64,000 bases of DNA from Octopus sinensis (lineage: Eukaryota): the NCBI RefSeq assembly GCF_006345805.1, contig NC_043019.1:15561360-15625359 (forward strand), given 5' to 3'. Position 1 is the stretch's first letter, and each line of letters opens with the position of its first letter. The translations under genes were made by a program, and so were the position numbers. Below, piece after piece: positions 54,159-64,000 of the stretch. The notes below the pieces were generated by a model. It was given only the letters and a program-made list of their open reading frames with translations. It ran no database searches and was not told where the DNA came from.

Positions 54159-56516
54159 TGGTGGTGGTGGGGTATTCTCTTTTACCCCTTTTTTTCTTTG
54201 TTAGTCCCCACCATTTTGTATTTTGAATTAAATTCCTTCTGTCAGCAATTATCTCAAATTTTTTTTCTCCTTCTTTGAGCATTAAGTTTCCAACAACTAT
54301 ATTATTTCAGAAATTTCCCTTCAGTTGTCATGTTTTGGTATTTGGGTTCCTTTCCCTTCAAGTCTTCTGATAAACAAGAATTTCTGACATGTTGGTCACG
54401 AGACAGTTTTGTTTGTTTCTTTCTTTCAGATGTGGGTCATTTCATTCTTTGTTTACTCAAAAGAACTTTTGTTTGCACTGTTAGTCTTGTTATTGATTTC
54501 TTTGTTCTTGAGAAACACATCATCATCATCATCGTTTTAACATCCACTTTTCCGTGCCTGCATGGGTTAGAAGGAATTTGTTGAGGTAGATCTATGGTCA
54601 AATGATGCCCTTCCTGTCACTGACTCTCACCTGTTTTCAGCCAAAGTAATATTTTCCCATGGCCAGAAAAAAAATTGAGATAATTGCTATATTGAGATAG
54701 GTTATATGGCTGGATGCCCTTCCTAATGCCAACCTCTTTTAAGAGTGTACTGGGTGCTTTTATGTAGCACCAGCCTGGGAGCTTTTTACATAGCATCAGC
54801 ATGAGTACTTTATACAGGGTGCCAGCATGGATACTATTTATGTGGCACCAGCATTGGTGCTTTTTTCCATAGAACCAGCATGGGTGCTTTTAATGTAGGA
54901 CCAGTACAGGCATTTTTTGTACCTGGAACCAGCACAGGTGCTTTATAACTGGCACTAGCACGAGTGCTGTTTATGTGGCACCAGCATCAGTGCTTCTTAT
55001 GTGGCACCAGCATGGTTGCTTCTTATGTGGTACCAGCACGGGTGCTTTTTACATGGCACCATTTAGTACAATCCATCCTTCATACTTCTGTACAGTTTTT
55101 GTCTACCGAATTTCAATCACGAGGAAGGACTAACCCCAAGGCTATAGAAAACAACATTAGACCAAAATTCCATTCAGTGGAATTGAACCTAGCACCTCAT
55201 TCGTGGTTGCAAAGTGAACTTCTTTCTTTGCCCTTCAACCATACTATGCCTTCTTAGTACGGTAAATAGATAAGTGAAAAGAAGTAGCTAGTTTCAGTGA
55301 AGTTTCAGTATTTCATGAGTATATATATATATATATATAATATATATATGGTGGTGGTGGTGGGGTATTCTCTTTTACCCCTTTTTTTCTTTGTTAGTCC
55401 CCACCATTTTGTATTTTGAATTAAATTCCTTCTGTCAGCAATTATCTCAAATTTTTTTTCTCCTTCTTTAAGCATTAAGTTTCCAACAACTATATTATTT
55501 TAGAAATTTCCCTTCAGTTGTCATGTTTTGGTATTTGGGTTCCTTTCCCTTCAAGTCTTCTGATAAACAAGAATTTCTGACATGTTGGTCACGAGACAGT
55601 TTTGTTTGTTTCTTTCTTTCAGATGTGGGTCATTTCATTCTTTGTTTACTCAAAAGAACTTTTGTTTGCACTGTTAGTCTTGTTATTGATTTCTTTGTTC
55701 TTGAGAAACACATCATCATCATCATCATCGTTTTAACATCCACTTTTCCGTGCCTGCATGGGTTAGAAGGAATTTGTTGAGGTAGATCTATGGTCAAATG
55801 ATGCCCTTCCTGTCACTGACTCTCACCTGTTTTCAGCCAAAGTAATATTTTCCCATGGCCAGAAAAAAAATTGAGATAATTGCTATATTGAGATAGGTTA
55901 TATGGCTGGATGCCCTTCCTAATGCCAACCTCTTTTAAGAGTGTACTGGGTGCTTTTATGTAGCACCAGCCTGGGAGCTTTTTACATAGCATCAGCATGA
56001 GTACTTTATACAGGGTGCCAGCATGGATACTATTTATGTGGCACCAGCATTGGTGCTTTTTTCCATAGAACCAGCATGGGTGCTTTTAATGTAGGACCAG
56101 TACAGGCATTTTTTGTACCTGGAACCAGCACAGGTGCTTTATAACTGGCACTAGCACGAGTGCTGTTTATGTGGCACCAGCATCAGTGCTTCTTTTGTGG
56201 CACCAGCATGGTTGCTTCTTATGTGGTACCAGCACGGGTGCTTTTTACATGGCACCATTTAGTACAATCCATCCTTCATACTTCTGTACAGTTTTTGTCT
56301 ACCGAATTTCAATCACGAGGAAAGGACTAACCCCAAGGCTATAGAAAACAACATTAGACCAAAATTCCATTCAGTGGAATTGAACCTAGCACCTCATTCG
56401 TGGTTGCAAAGTGAACTTCTTTCTTTGCCCTTCAACCATACTATGCCTTCTTAGTACGGTAAATAGATAAGTGAAAAGAAGTAGCTAGTTTCAGTGAAGT
56501 TTCAGTATTTCATGAG

Positions 56517-56517
<1 letters not shown>
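54157..56517. repeat. Near-identical direct tandem duplication, ~1.17 kb x2
   Basis: Unit 1 is 54157-55320 and unit 2 is 55350-56517, each bounded by (TA)n. By eye I found 3 substitutions, one ATC unit and a 1-nt indel. Confidence 0.97.
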
Positions 56518-56549
<32 letters not shown>

Positions 56550-57016
56550 GTTTGTTTTATTATTTTTTTAATATCAGACTTGCTGAGTAAATAATGAGAC
56601 TAACTAGTTTATTGTTTATCATAGATATTAATCATAGGGAAATGGAATTAATTATTTACCTGGAATCCAGTGTTTAGTGCTAATTGTTAGTGCAGTATGT
56701 CTTGCATTGTTTACACAAGTGATTGCAACTGCACAACTATACCATGTTTAGTTGGCACAGTTAAATAATTAACGATGATAGGAATCTGATCTAAATGAAA
56801 GCATTTAATTACATAAAAGTAGAGGCTCGTTATTGTTCATTTGCCAGTTTCATGTTAAGTAACAGGAAAAACTAATGATGATGATAATAATAATAATAAT
56901 GATAATGATAATAAATGGTTGCTTTCTGATATTTCTTTTGGCATTTTCTACAAAATAATTTCATTTCTTGTACGCTTTGAGAAACGATGATTATAATAAT
57001 AATGTTGATGATAATG

Positions 57017-57560
57017 ATGATTATAATGATAATAATAGAGTTTGTTTTGCATGTGCAGAAAAGGAGTTGTGACCGTTTTGTAGGAATAGAAATGGAAGTC
57101 CTTGTGAACCATGTGGCGAGAGTGTTGCAAGACTTTCTTATACAAACTGAAAGAAGAATAGAACGCAATGGGCCAGATATTGTAGTTGTTGATAAGAAGA
57201 AACTGTGTACTGTTATCAATGTGGCATGCCTGGCTGATACCAGAATGAAAAGAAAAATGTGAGGGAGAGAGAGAGAGAGAGAGAGACAAAGGAAAAGAGT
57301 ATTATACTGGACTTGATGTCTGAAATCATCAAATGCTAGAACAAAGAGGTTAACAAGGGCAAGACACTGCCAGATGTCACTGACTGGGACATTGAGAATA
57401 GTGACAAAGGTTTTGAAAGCAAACCTTGGAAAAGTCAATGTTATGTTCTTGGTGTGAGTGCAATGCAGAAAACTTGTCCACTTGGATCTGCAAGAATTAT
57501 CCGGAAAAACATCAATACCAAGTGAAAACAGACAGGAAGAGCAGAAAAATCCCCTAAGGT
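57017..57560 (+). pseudogene. R4/Dong-like REL non-LTR retrotransposon fragment, interrupted by (GA)n
   Basis: VLQDFLIQTERRIERNGPDIVVVDKKKLCTVINVACLADT, and later QKTCPLGSARIIRK. It is preceded by a (TAA/TGA)n tract. Confidence 0.8.
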
Positions 57561-57852
57561 AGAATATGCTCTTCATCCTAGATTATTGGTTTTAGTTTGA
57601 TAGGAAATATAATTAAATTGGCTGTAACATCAATGCTGTAACTACAACATAATTGTTTTTAATTTTGGCACATTTTTGTAATGAGAGGGCAGGTTGATTA
57701 CATTGAGTCTAGTGCTTAACTGGTGCTCATTTTATTGGTCTGGAAGGATAAGTTGACCTTGGTGGAATTTGAACTCAGAACATAAAGAACTGGAAGAAAT
57801 GCTGCTAAGCCTTTTGTCTGATGCTCTACCAATTCTGTTTACTCACCACCTT

Positions 57853-58231
57853 GTGGACATGCAATGGCCCAGTGGTTAGGGCAGTGGACTCGTGGTCATA
57901 GGATCGTGGTTTCGATTCCCAGACCAGGCGTTGTGAGTGTTTATTGAGCGAAAACACTTAAAAAGCTCCACGAGGCTCCGACAGAGGGTGGTAGCGAAAC
58001 CCTGTTGTACTCTTTCACCACAACTTTCTCTCACTCTTCCTGTTTCTGTTGTACCTGTATTTCAAAGGGGCTAGCCTTGACACATTCTGTGTCATGCTGA
58101 ATCTCCCCGACAACTACATTAAGGTACACGTGTCTGTGGAGTGCTCAGCTACATGCATGTTAATTTCACAAGCAGGCTGTTCTGTTGATCAGATCAACTG
58201 GAACCCTTGTCATTGTAACTGATGGAGTGCC
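57853..58231 (+). mobile_element. tRNA-derived SINE family D, full copy with 12-bp TSD, inserted in a family B SINE
   Basis: A box TGGCCCAGTGG and B box GTTTCGATTCC. TSD ACTCACCACCTT at 57841-57852 and 58232-58243. Siblings lie at ~3700-4025- and 15720-16020-. Confidence 0.85.
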
Positions 58232-58481
58232 ACTCACCACCTTAATAATAATAATAATAATAATAGTAATACTCTAGGCACAAGGCCCGAAATTTTTGGG
58301 GAGGGGCCCAGTCAATTAGATCAACTCAGTACGCAACTGGTACTTAATTTATCGACCTCAAAAGGATGAAAGGCAAAGTCAACCTCGGCAGAATTTGAAC
58401 TCAGAATGCAGTGGCAGATAAAATACTGCTAAGCATTTCGCCCAGCGTACTAACAATTCTATCAGCACAGTCTTAATGATG

Positions 58482-58522
<41 letters not shown>

Positions 58523-58740
58523 TTCAAATTTTGGCACAAGGCCAGCAAGTTCGGGGGAAGGGACAAGTCAATAACATCAACCTCAGTTCTCAACTTTATT
58601 GACCCTGAATGGATGAAGGTAGAGTAGAGACTCAGTGGCATTTGAACTCAGAATGTAAAGATGGATGAACTGTTGCAAAGCATTTTGCCTGGTGTGCTAA
58701 CAAATCTGCCAACTTGTTGCCTTAATAACGATAATTTGAT

Positions 58741-58960
58741 AGAAAAGTGGATGTCAAAGAAATTGTAAACTATCAAGATCTAACCAGAGAGATGAAGAGA
58801 TTGCAAAACACAAAGGTGAACTTGGTAATTGGTAAACTTGGCACAAACTTCCAAACAGCTAACTTTTTGGCTAATGGTTGTTGGAATTGAGAATGCATTG
58901 TTGGCCTGCAGGAAAGTGCAATCTTGGATTCTGCAAGAATCCTCAGTAAGGTTCTTGAAA
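58741..58960 (+). pseudogene. Third REL-LINE C-terminal fragment
   Basis: EKVDVKEIVNYQDLTREMKRL...LQESAILDSARILSKVLEI*. Confidence 0.7.
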
Positions 58961-59640
58961 TTTAAGGAGACTTGCCACAAAATCTCAAGTTAACGTCCCT
59001 GCTAATTAGATTAGCATACAGTAGCAGTTGTAGCAGTGATAATAATATTAACCCTTTCTACAGTAGGCACAAGGTCTGGAATTTTGTGAGAGAGGGGCTA
59101 ATCGATTACATCGACCCTGAAAGGATGAAAAACAAAGTTAACCTGGGTGGGATTTGAACTCAGAATATAAAGATAGAAGAAAGCTGTTAAGCATTTTGTC
59201 CAGTGTGCTAATGATTCTGCCAGCTCACTGCCTTAATAATAATAATATTAGTAGTAGTAGTAGTAGTGATAATGATAATAATGAAGATGATGATGATGAT
59301 AAATAAATGAGGTCAAAAGATTAAGAACATAGACTTTAAAAGAGTAAATATAGAATAAGTTTTTGAAGTAAAGTAAAAGTTTTTGGTCATTTCTGAACAA
59401 TTAGCCAAGTTTTTATTTTTACAATTTAGCGAGAATGTTTATCTTGGCTTATTTCCAAGACAAATTCTCAAAATGATTTTTGGTTTCGAATCAAGAATTG
59501 AGTCAGTTTAATTTCTTGAGTCTAGTAATACGAGTGCAAGTTCACAAATTAAGCAAGCTTTGAAAACATTTCAGTTATTTCATGCAACTGTTCTCATAAG
59601 CTTTACAAATAGCACTGCAACTCACCAGAAAATTTTAGCA

Positions 59641-60060
59641 CCATTTTGTCTGTTAGATATACATGGTTCATAGTTCAGAGTTTACATGCCGTTCATATTT
59701 CACTTGCAGTTTATATATCACATGTTATTCATACACATGCTGCTCACAACTCAGTTTACATGCTGTTCACTGTTCACATGTAGTTGATATTTCACTTGCT
59801 GTTCACAGTTTACTGGAATGTAAACAGTAGATTAACTGTGAATAGTTTGTTGACTATGAACCTCACACACAGTTTATAGTGAACAAACCATTCACTATTC
59901 ACAAGTTGTTTACTAATCATACACTGCTCATTGTTCATATTCTACTTGTTGTTCACACACAGTTCTTAATCAATAAACTGTTCACTCTTCACACATTGTT
60001 CACTGTTTACAGTTGATGACACACTGTTCACATATAATTTGCTGTTCCCATACCATTCAC
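59641..60060. repeat. Cryptic TGTTCAC/TTCAT degenerate motif array
   Basis: About 26 YCAY tetramers on + in 420 nt, with no fixed period. A central inverted segment is present (TTCACAGTT at 59802 / AACTGTGAA at 59834). Confidence 0.75.
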
Positions 60061-61014
60061 ATACAATGTATGGTCCATATGTTACATACTGTGCCATAGT
60101 AACATTTAACACTTTAGTTACTGATTTCACTGACATTGAATACTTTGGTAAGTCTCAGGACCCTAATAGAAGATGCTTGCTTAAGATGCCATGCAATGAG
60201 ACCGAACTCAAAACTGCATGGTTGACAGGTAAACATCTTAACCACACAGCCATGTCAGTTCTACAGTCAGTGGTCTCATTATATGATAATTAAATCTTTC
60301 TGAACTTACTCCTCAGTCCCATTCACAGAATTTTCTTTTTTTTTTTTTTTTTTGCTTTGGTAAGAATTTTTATATAATTATGTATCAAAGTTAGTGAAAC
60401 TCATTTACAGTATTATTTTATTTTGGTTAATCTTTTATGGAATCTACTTCGTCATTTCTAATTACATTTTTAGCATTTTCCAATAAGGAAAATAAAGGAG
60501 AAAATAAACAACACAAAGAATTAACCCTTTCTTTTTTTTTATCTTTTTAAAGTTATATTTTCAGCACAGTAATTTGTACATTCTGTCCCGAATTCATACA
60601 TTTTCTGTCGTTTTACTGTTTTAAGTCACATTTCCACTAACTCGATTAAGTACATTTGTATCTTTGCTGAAAATTAACAATGCTCTCAGAACTTGGAAAA
60701 ATGTTCTTCATTCTTTATTCTTTGGCCCACCAAAGCATTAACAACAAATGTCATGGAGTTATAATATCCAAGAAAGGTAGAATTTATTTTGGATCGATAT
60801 TATAAAAAGGAAAACTTTAAAAGTAAAATTATGTATTAAAGTATTAAGTAGTTATTTTAATCTGATTTTGTAAAGAAAAATAGTTCCTTTTTGTTTGTGT
60901 CTTCTTAATGTTAGCTAGGGCCTATTTGACTGCATTAAGATAGAGAAAGGTCCCTTCTATTAGTATTAACAATTTTCCATGTCAACCTAATGTTGGCGTA
61001 GTATTCTAGTAATT

Positions 61015-61570
61015 CTCTGTCTCTTTTCTATCTCTTCCCTGTCTCTCTCCATCTCTTCTCTCTTTCCCTCTCCATTTCGTCTCTCTGTTCCTCTCCATAT
61101 CTTCTCTGTCCCTCTCCATCTCTTCTCTCTGTCCCTCTCTCTCCATCTCTTCTCTCTGTCCCTCTCTCTCCATCTCTTCTCTCTATCCCTCTCCATCTCT
61201 TCTCTCTGTCTCTCTCTCTCCATCTCTCTGTCTGTCTCTCCATCTCTCTGTCTCTCTCTCCATCTCTTCTCTCTGTCTCTCTCTCTCCATCTCTTCTCTT
61301 TGTCTCTCTCTCTCCATCTCTTCTCTTTGTCTCTCTCTCTCTCCATCTCTTCTCTCTGTCTCTCTCTCTCCATCTCTTCTCTCTGTCTCTCTCTCTCATC
61401 TCTCTGTCTGTCTCTCCATCTCTCTGTCTCTCTCTCTCCATCTCTTCTCTCTGTCTCTCTCTCTCCATCTCTTCTCTTTGTCTCTCTCTCTCCATCTCTT
61501 CTCTTTGTCTCTCTCTCTCCATCTCTTCTCTCTGTCCCTCTCCATCTCTTCTCTCCATCTCTCTCTAGTC
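61015..61570. repeat. CT-rich minisatellite (CTCTCTCCATCTCTTCTCTCTGT units); (CT)n field also at 40500-40770
   Basis: Source of the Glu/Arg/Asp-rich ORFs 60987-61558. Confidence 0.95.
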
Positions 61571-63589
61571 TCTCTATGTCTATCTTGTCAAATGCTATCT
61601 AATGATTCGTTGTACCAACCTAAATGGATTAAGAAATCTTTCTGTCAGTTGTTGGAACATTTTCAGTTTGCCATAAATGAATTGAAGTCTGGATGTTATT
61701 CAGGAATACAGCACAAGCAGACATAAAGACCTAGACTTCAGTTGTGTAATGATGCTAATAATAGTAATGCTTTCAAATTTTGGTACAAGGCCAGCAAGTT
61801 CGGGGTAGGGGTTAAGTCAATTACATCAACCCCAGTGTTCAACTGGTACTCATTTTATCGACCTCAAAAGGATAAAGGGCAAAGTCAACCTCGGTGGAAA
61901 TTGAACTCAGAACATAACTAGTACCTCATTCTTTAAAACTCTTATTATTTTATTCTGCTACAACTTAGAACTGTGGTGTAGTGTTTTCCCTCAGGGAGTG
62001 ACTTGGAGACATCTTTGGATTTAATGAATTTTGGATTTAATACTATATAATTATAAATAATTATAATAATACTATACAATAGTAAATAATTATGATAATA
62101 TTTTTGGGTAAAGTCATATTCAGCATGTTCAGGTGCACTTGGATGTAAGAAAGCCTGCTGCTGCAAAGCTAGTCCTGGGAGAAAATTATTTTTTTTAGGT
62201 TTGTGTGATAGTACAAGATTGGGTTGTGAATGACATCACTGGATTATACTACGCCTGTATTTCCATGTTGTTTGCATTTCTTCAGCTATGAATGCCAAAT
62301 TTGTCAGTCACAGCATGGTAAGAATGAAATAATTGTTCTTGAAATAGCATATGAAACGTATGCTGATGTGTATGTTATAATAATACCATATAAACATGGT
62401 TTCAAATTTTGACAGAAGGCCAGTAATTTTAGAGGAGAACATTAATTGATTACAGCAGCCCCAGTTAAGTAATTTGTCTGGTGTGTTATCAGTTCTGCTT
62501 GTTCACTACCTTAATTATAATAATGATAAGGATTGTTGTTTCAAATTTTGTCATAAAGCCATCAAATTAGGGAAGGTGGTTTGTTTTATTACATCGAACC
62601 TCATACTTGACTGGTACTTTATTCTTATTGACCCTGAAAGGATAAAAAGCAAAGTTGACATTGATGGGATTTGAACTCAGAGCATTAAGAGCCACAAGAA
62701 ATACTGGTATATATTTTGCCTGATGTGCTAACAATTCTACCAGCTCACCTATACAGCCCTGAAACTCTCTTGTCTCCCTAATTGCTTTCTGTTTGTTTTG
62801 GTATCACACCAAAAGGATTTTCACCAGTTTTACAGAAATCTGCTTTTTCTCCACTTTGCAACAATTATACTTCTGTTTTGCAGTCATACTGGAGCAGTAC
62901 TGTCAATATGTGATTTTCAATTGCTAAAATCAGTCATGAAGCAGCATTTCTAATTTGGGTCATCATCATCAACATTTAACGTTCATGTTTCATGCTGGCA
63001 TGGGTTGGACAGTTCAACAGGAACTGGCTCATTCAGGGACTGCATCATGCCCGACTCTCCACTTTGGCTTGGTTTCTATGACTGGCTACCCTTCCTAATG
63101 CTAACCACTTTACAATATGTACTGTGTGCTTTTTTCATGTCACCAGTGCTCGTGCAGTTGCCATGCACCTTGCAAGACTACAAACCCTGGGAAAGGCAAG
63201 TTTATGCTAGAAGAGGGGTTAAAGTATGAGAGAAAGTACCAGAGCAGAACAGTTTTCTTGTTTTGGAGGGGTTACATAGCTACTTGCATTTTAGCCATTT
63301 AGTCACATCTGACCCGAATATTCTACCCATTTTGTGTAAAAGCTAACCAGATCTGGCCTCTCTTACCTGTTGTACAATGTCTTTCTAAAAATAGACAACT
63401 ACATCATCAAACATCAAAATCTCAAAGCTACAAGGAAATGCATGATTAATTCAAAACAATGTGAATAAATAAGCATTACATATGACAAAATAATTTGAAT
63501 GCTAAAGGTTTAAATGTGAAGATGGGGAAGGTTGGTCAGGGAGGAACTGTGAAGAGATAAAAGGTACCTGTGTAGACCCTCAAGGTATG

Positions 63590-64000
63590 AAGGTTATCTT
63601 CATACCTGGGTTGCCCTCTTCTGCAAGCTCCATCCACATCAAATGATAAGTACATCTTTATACAGCTGTCCTTATTCATACGCATCACATGTCCATACCA
63701 GCACACTCTTCTTTCTTATGCACCACATTTAATCCCTTGGGTGTTGCTGAGAATTGCATATTGCCAGTCATCTTGATCCCTTGTCAGGGACCAGGATGAC
63801 TGAGATCAGCCTTCACCACTTCACCCCATATCATTCTGAGTTTCCCTCTTCCACAAGCTCCATCTACATGATCATCACTTCTCTATACAGCTGTTCTCAT
63901 CCATATGCATCACATAGCCATACCAGCTTAGTCTTCTTACTTAATTAAACACACATCTGATTCCTCCTGGGTGTTCTTGAGAACCACCCCTCACCAGCCA
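63590..64000 (-). pseudogene. Two tandem degraded RTE ORF C-terminal fragments
   Basis: The segment CAAGCTCCATC..ATACAGCTGT..CATCACAT..CATACCAGC occurs twice. The minus translation includes DGACGRGKLRMIWGEVVKADL, an RTE C-terminal motif. Confidence 0.7.

Noticed and set aside
54748-55060. CRISPR-like repeat/spacer pattern (also 31855-32085 and the duplicate at ~55945-56260)
   Set aside because: The intervening segments are homologous to each other and belong to the RTE 3' UTR subrepeat.
56872-57576. Longest ORF in the track (234 aa, - strand)
   Set aside because: It is the antisense shadow of the REL-LINE fragment plus microsatellites.
57860-57930. tRNA gene
   Set aside because: A and B boxes are present, but there is no convincing cloverleaf or T-run terminator. 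It continues into a SINE body and has a TSD. The same applies to the other SINE heads.
60749-60760. 12-nt match to the 5' end of miR-281 (TGTCATGGAGTT)
   Set aside because: The rest of the mature sequence differs and there is no complementary arm.
60987-61726. Glu/Arg-rich coiled-coil-like ORFs
   Set aside because: They are a direct read-out of a CT-rich minisatellite, with no supporting splice or start context.

Overview
AT-rich eukaryotic, gene-poor and repeat-dense DNA, most likely from an octopus or other coleoid cephalopod. That assignment comes from my recall of octopus SINE consensus sequences, not from a search. The window looks like the interior of one or more giant introns. It is tiled by at least three tRNA-derived SINE families, many RTE-LINE 3' ends with (GAT)n tails, R4/Dong-like REL-LINE remnants, piggyBac-, hAT- and Tc1-type MITEs and dense microsatellites. 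It also holds one full-length but dead D,D34D mariner (36272-37546) nested inside a hAT MITE. No complete host gene is visible, and nearly all listed ORFs are microsatellite or repeat artefacts. The best host-gene evidence is one clean 59-nt + strand exon (31488-31546) and a candidate terminal exon with a poly(A) signal on the - strand (21141-21308). Top leads: a pre-miRNA-shaped hairpin inside a ~300-nt mini-intron between two paralogous mini-exon-like units (4737-5168); possible recursive splice (AG|GT) sites; a dense YCAY/TGTTCAC cluster (59641-60060); a repeat-free island with four AGCCTGAG sites (17520-18260); and a ~99.6% identical 1.2-kb tandem duplication (54157-56517). No CRISPR array, rRNA or true tRNA gene is supported. 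All coordinates were counted by eye.
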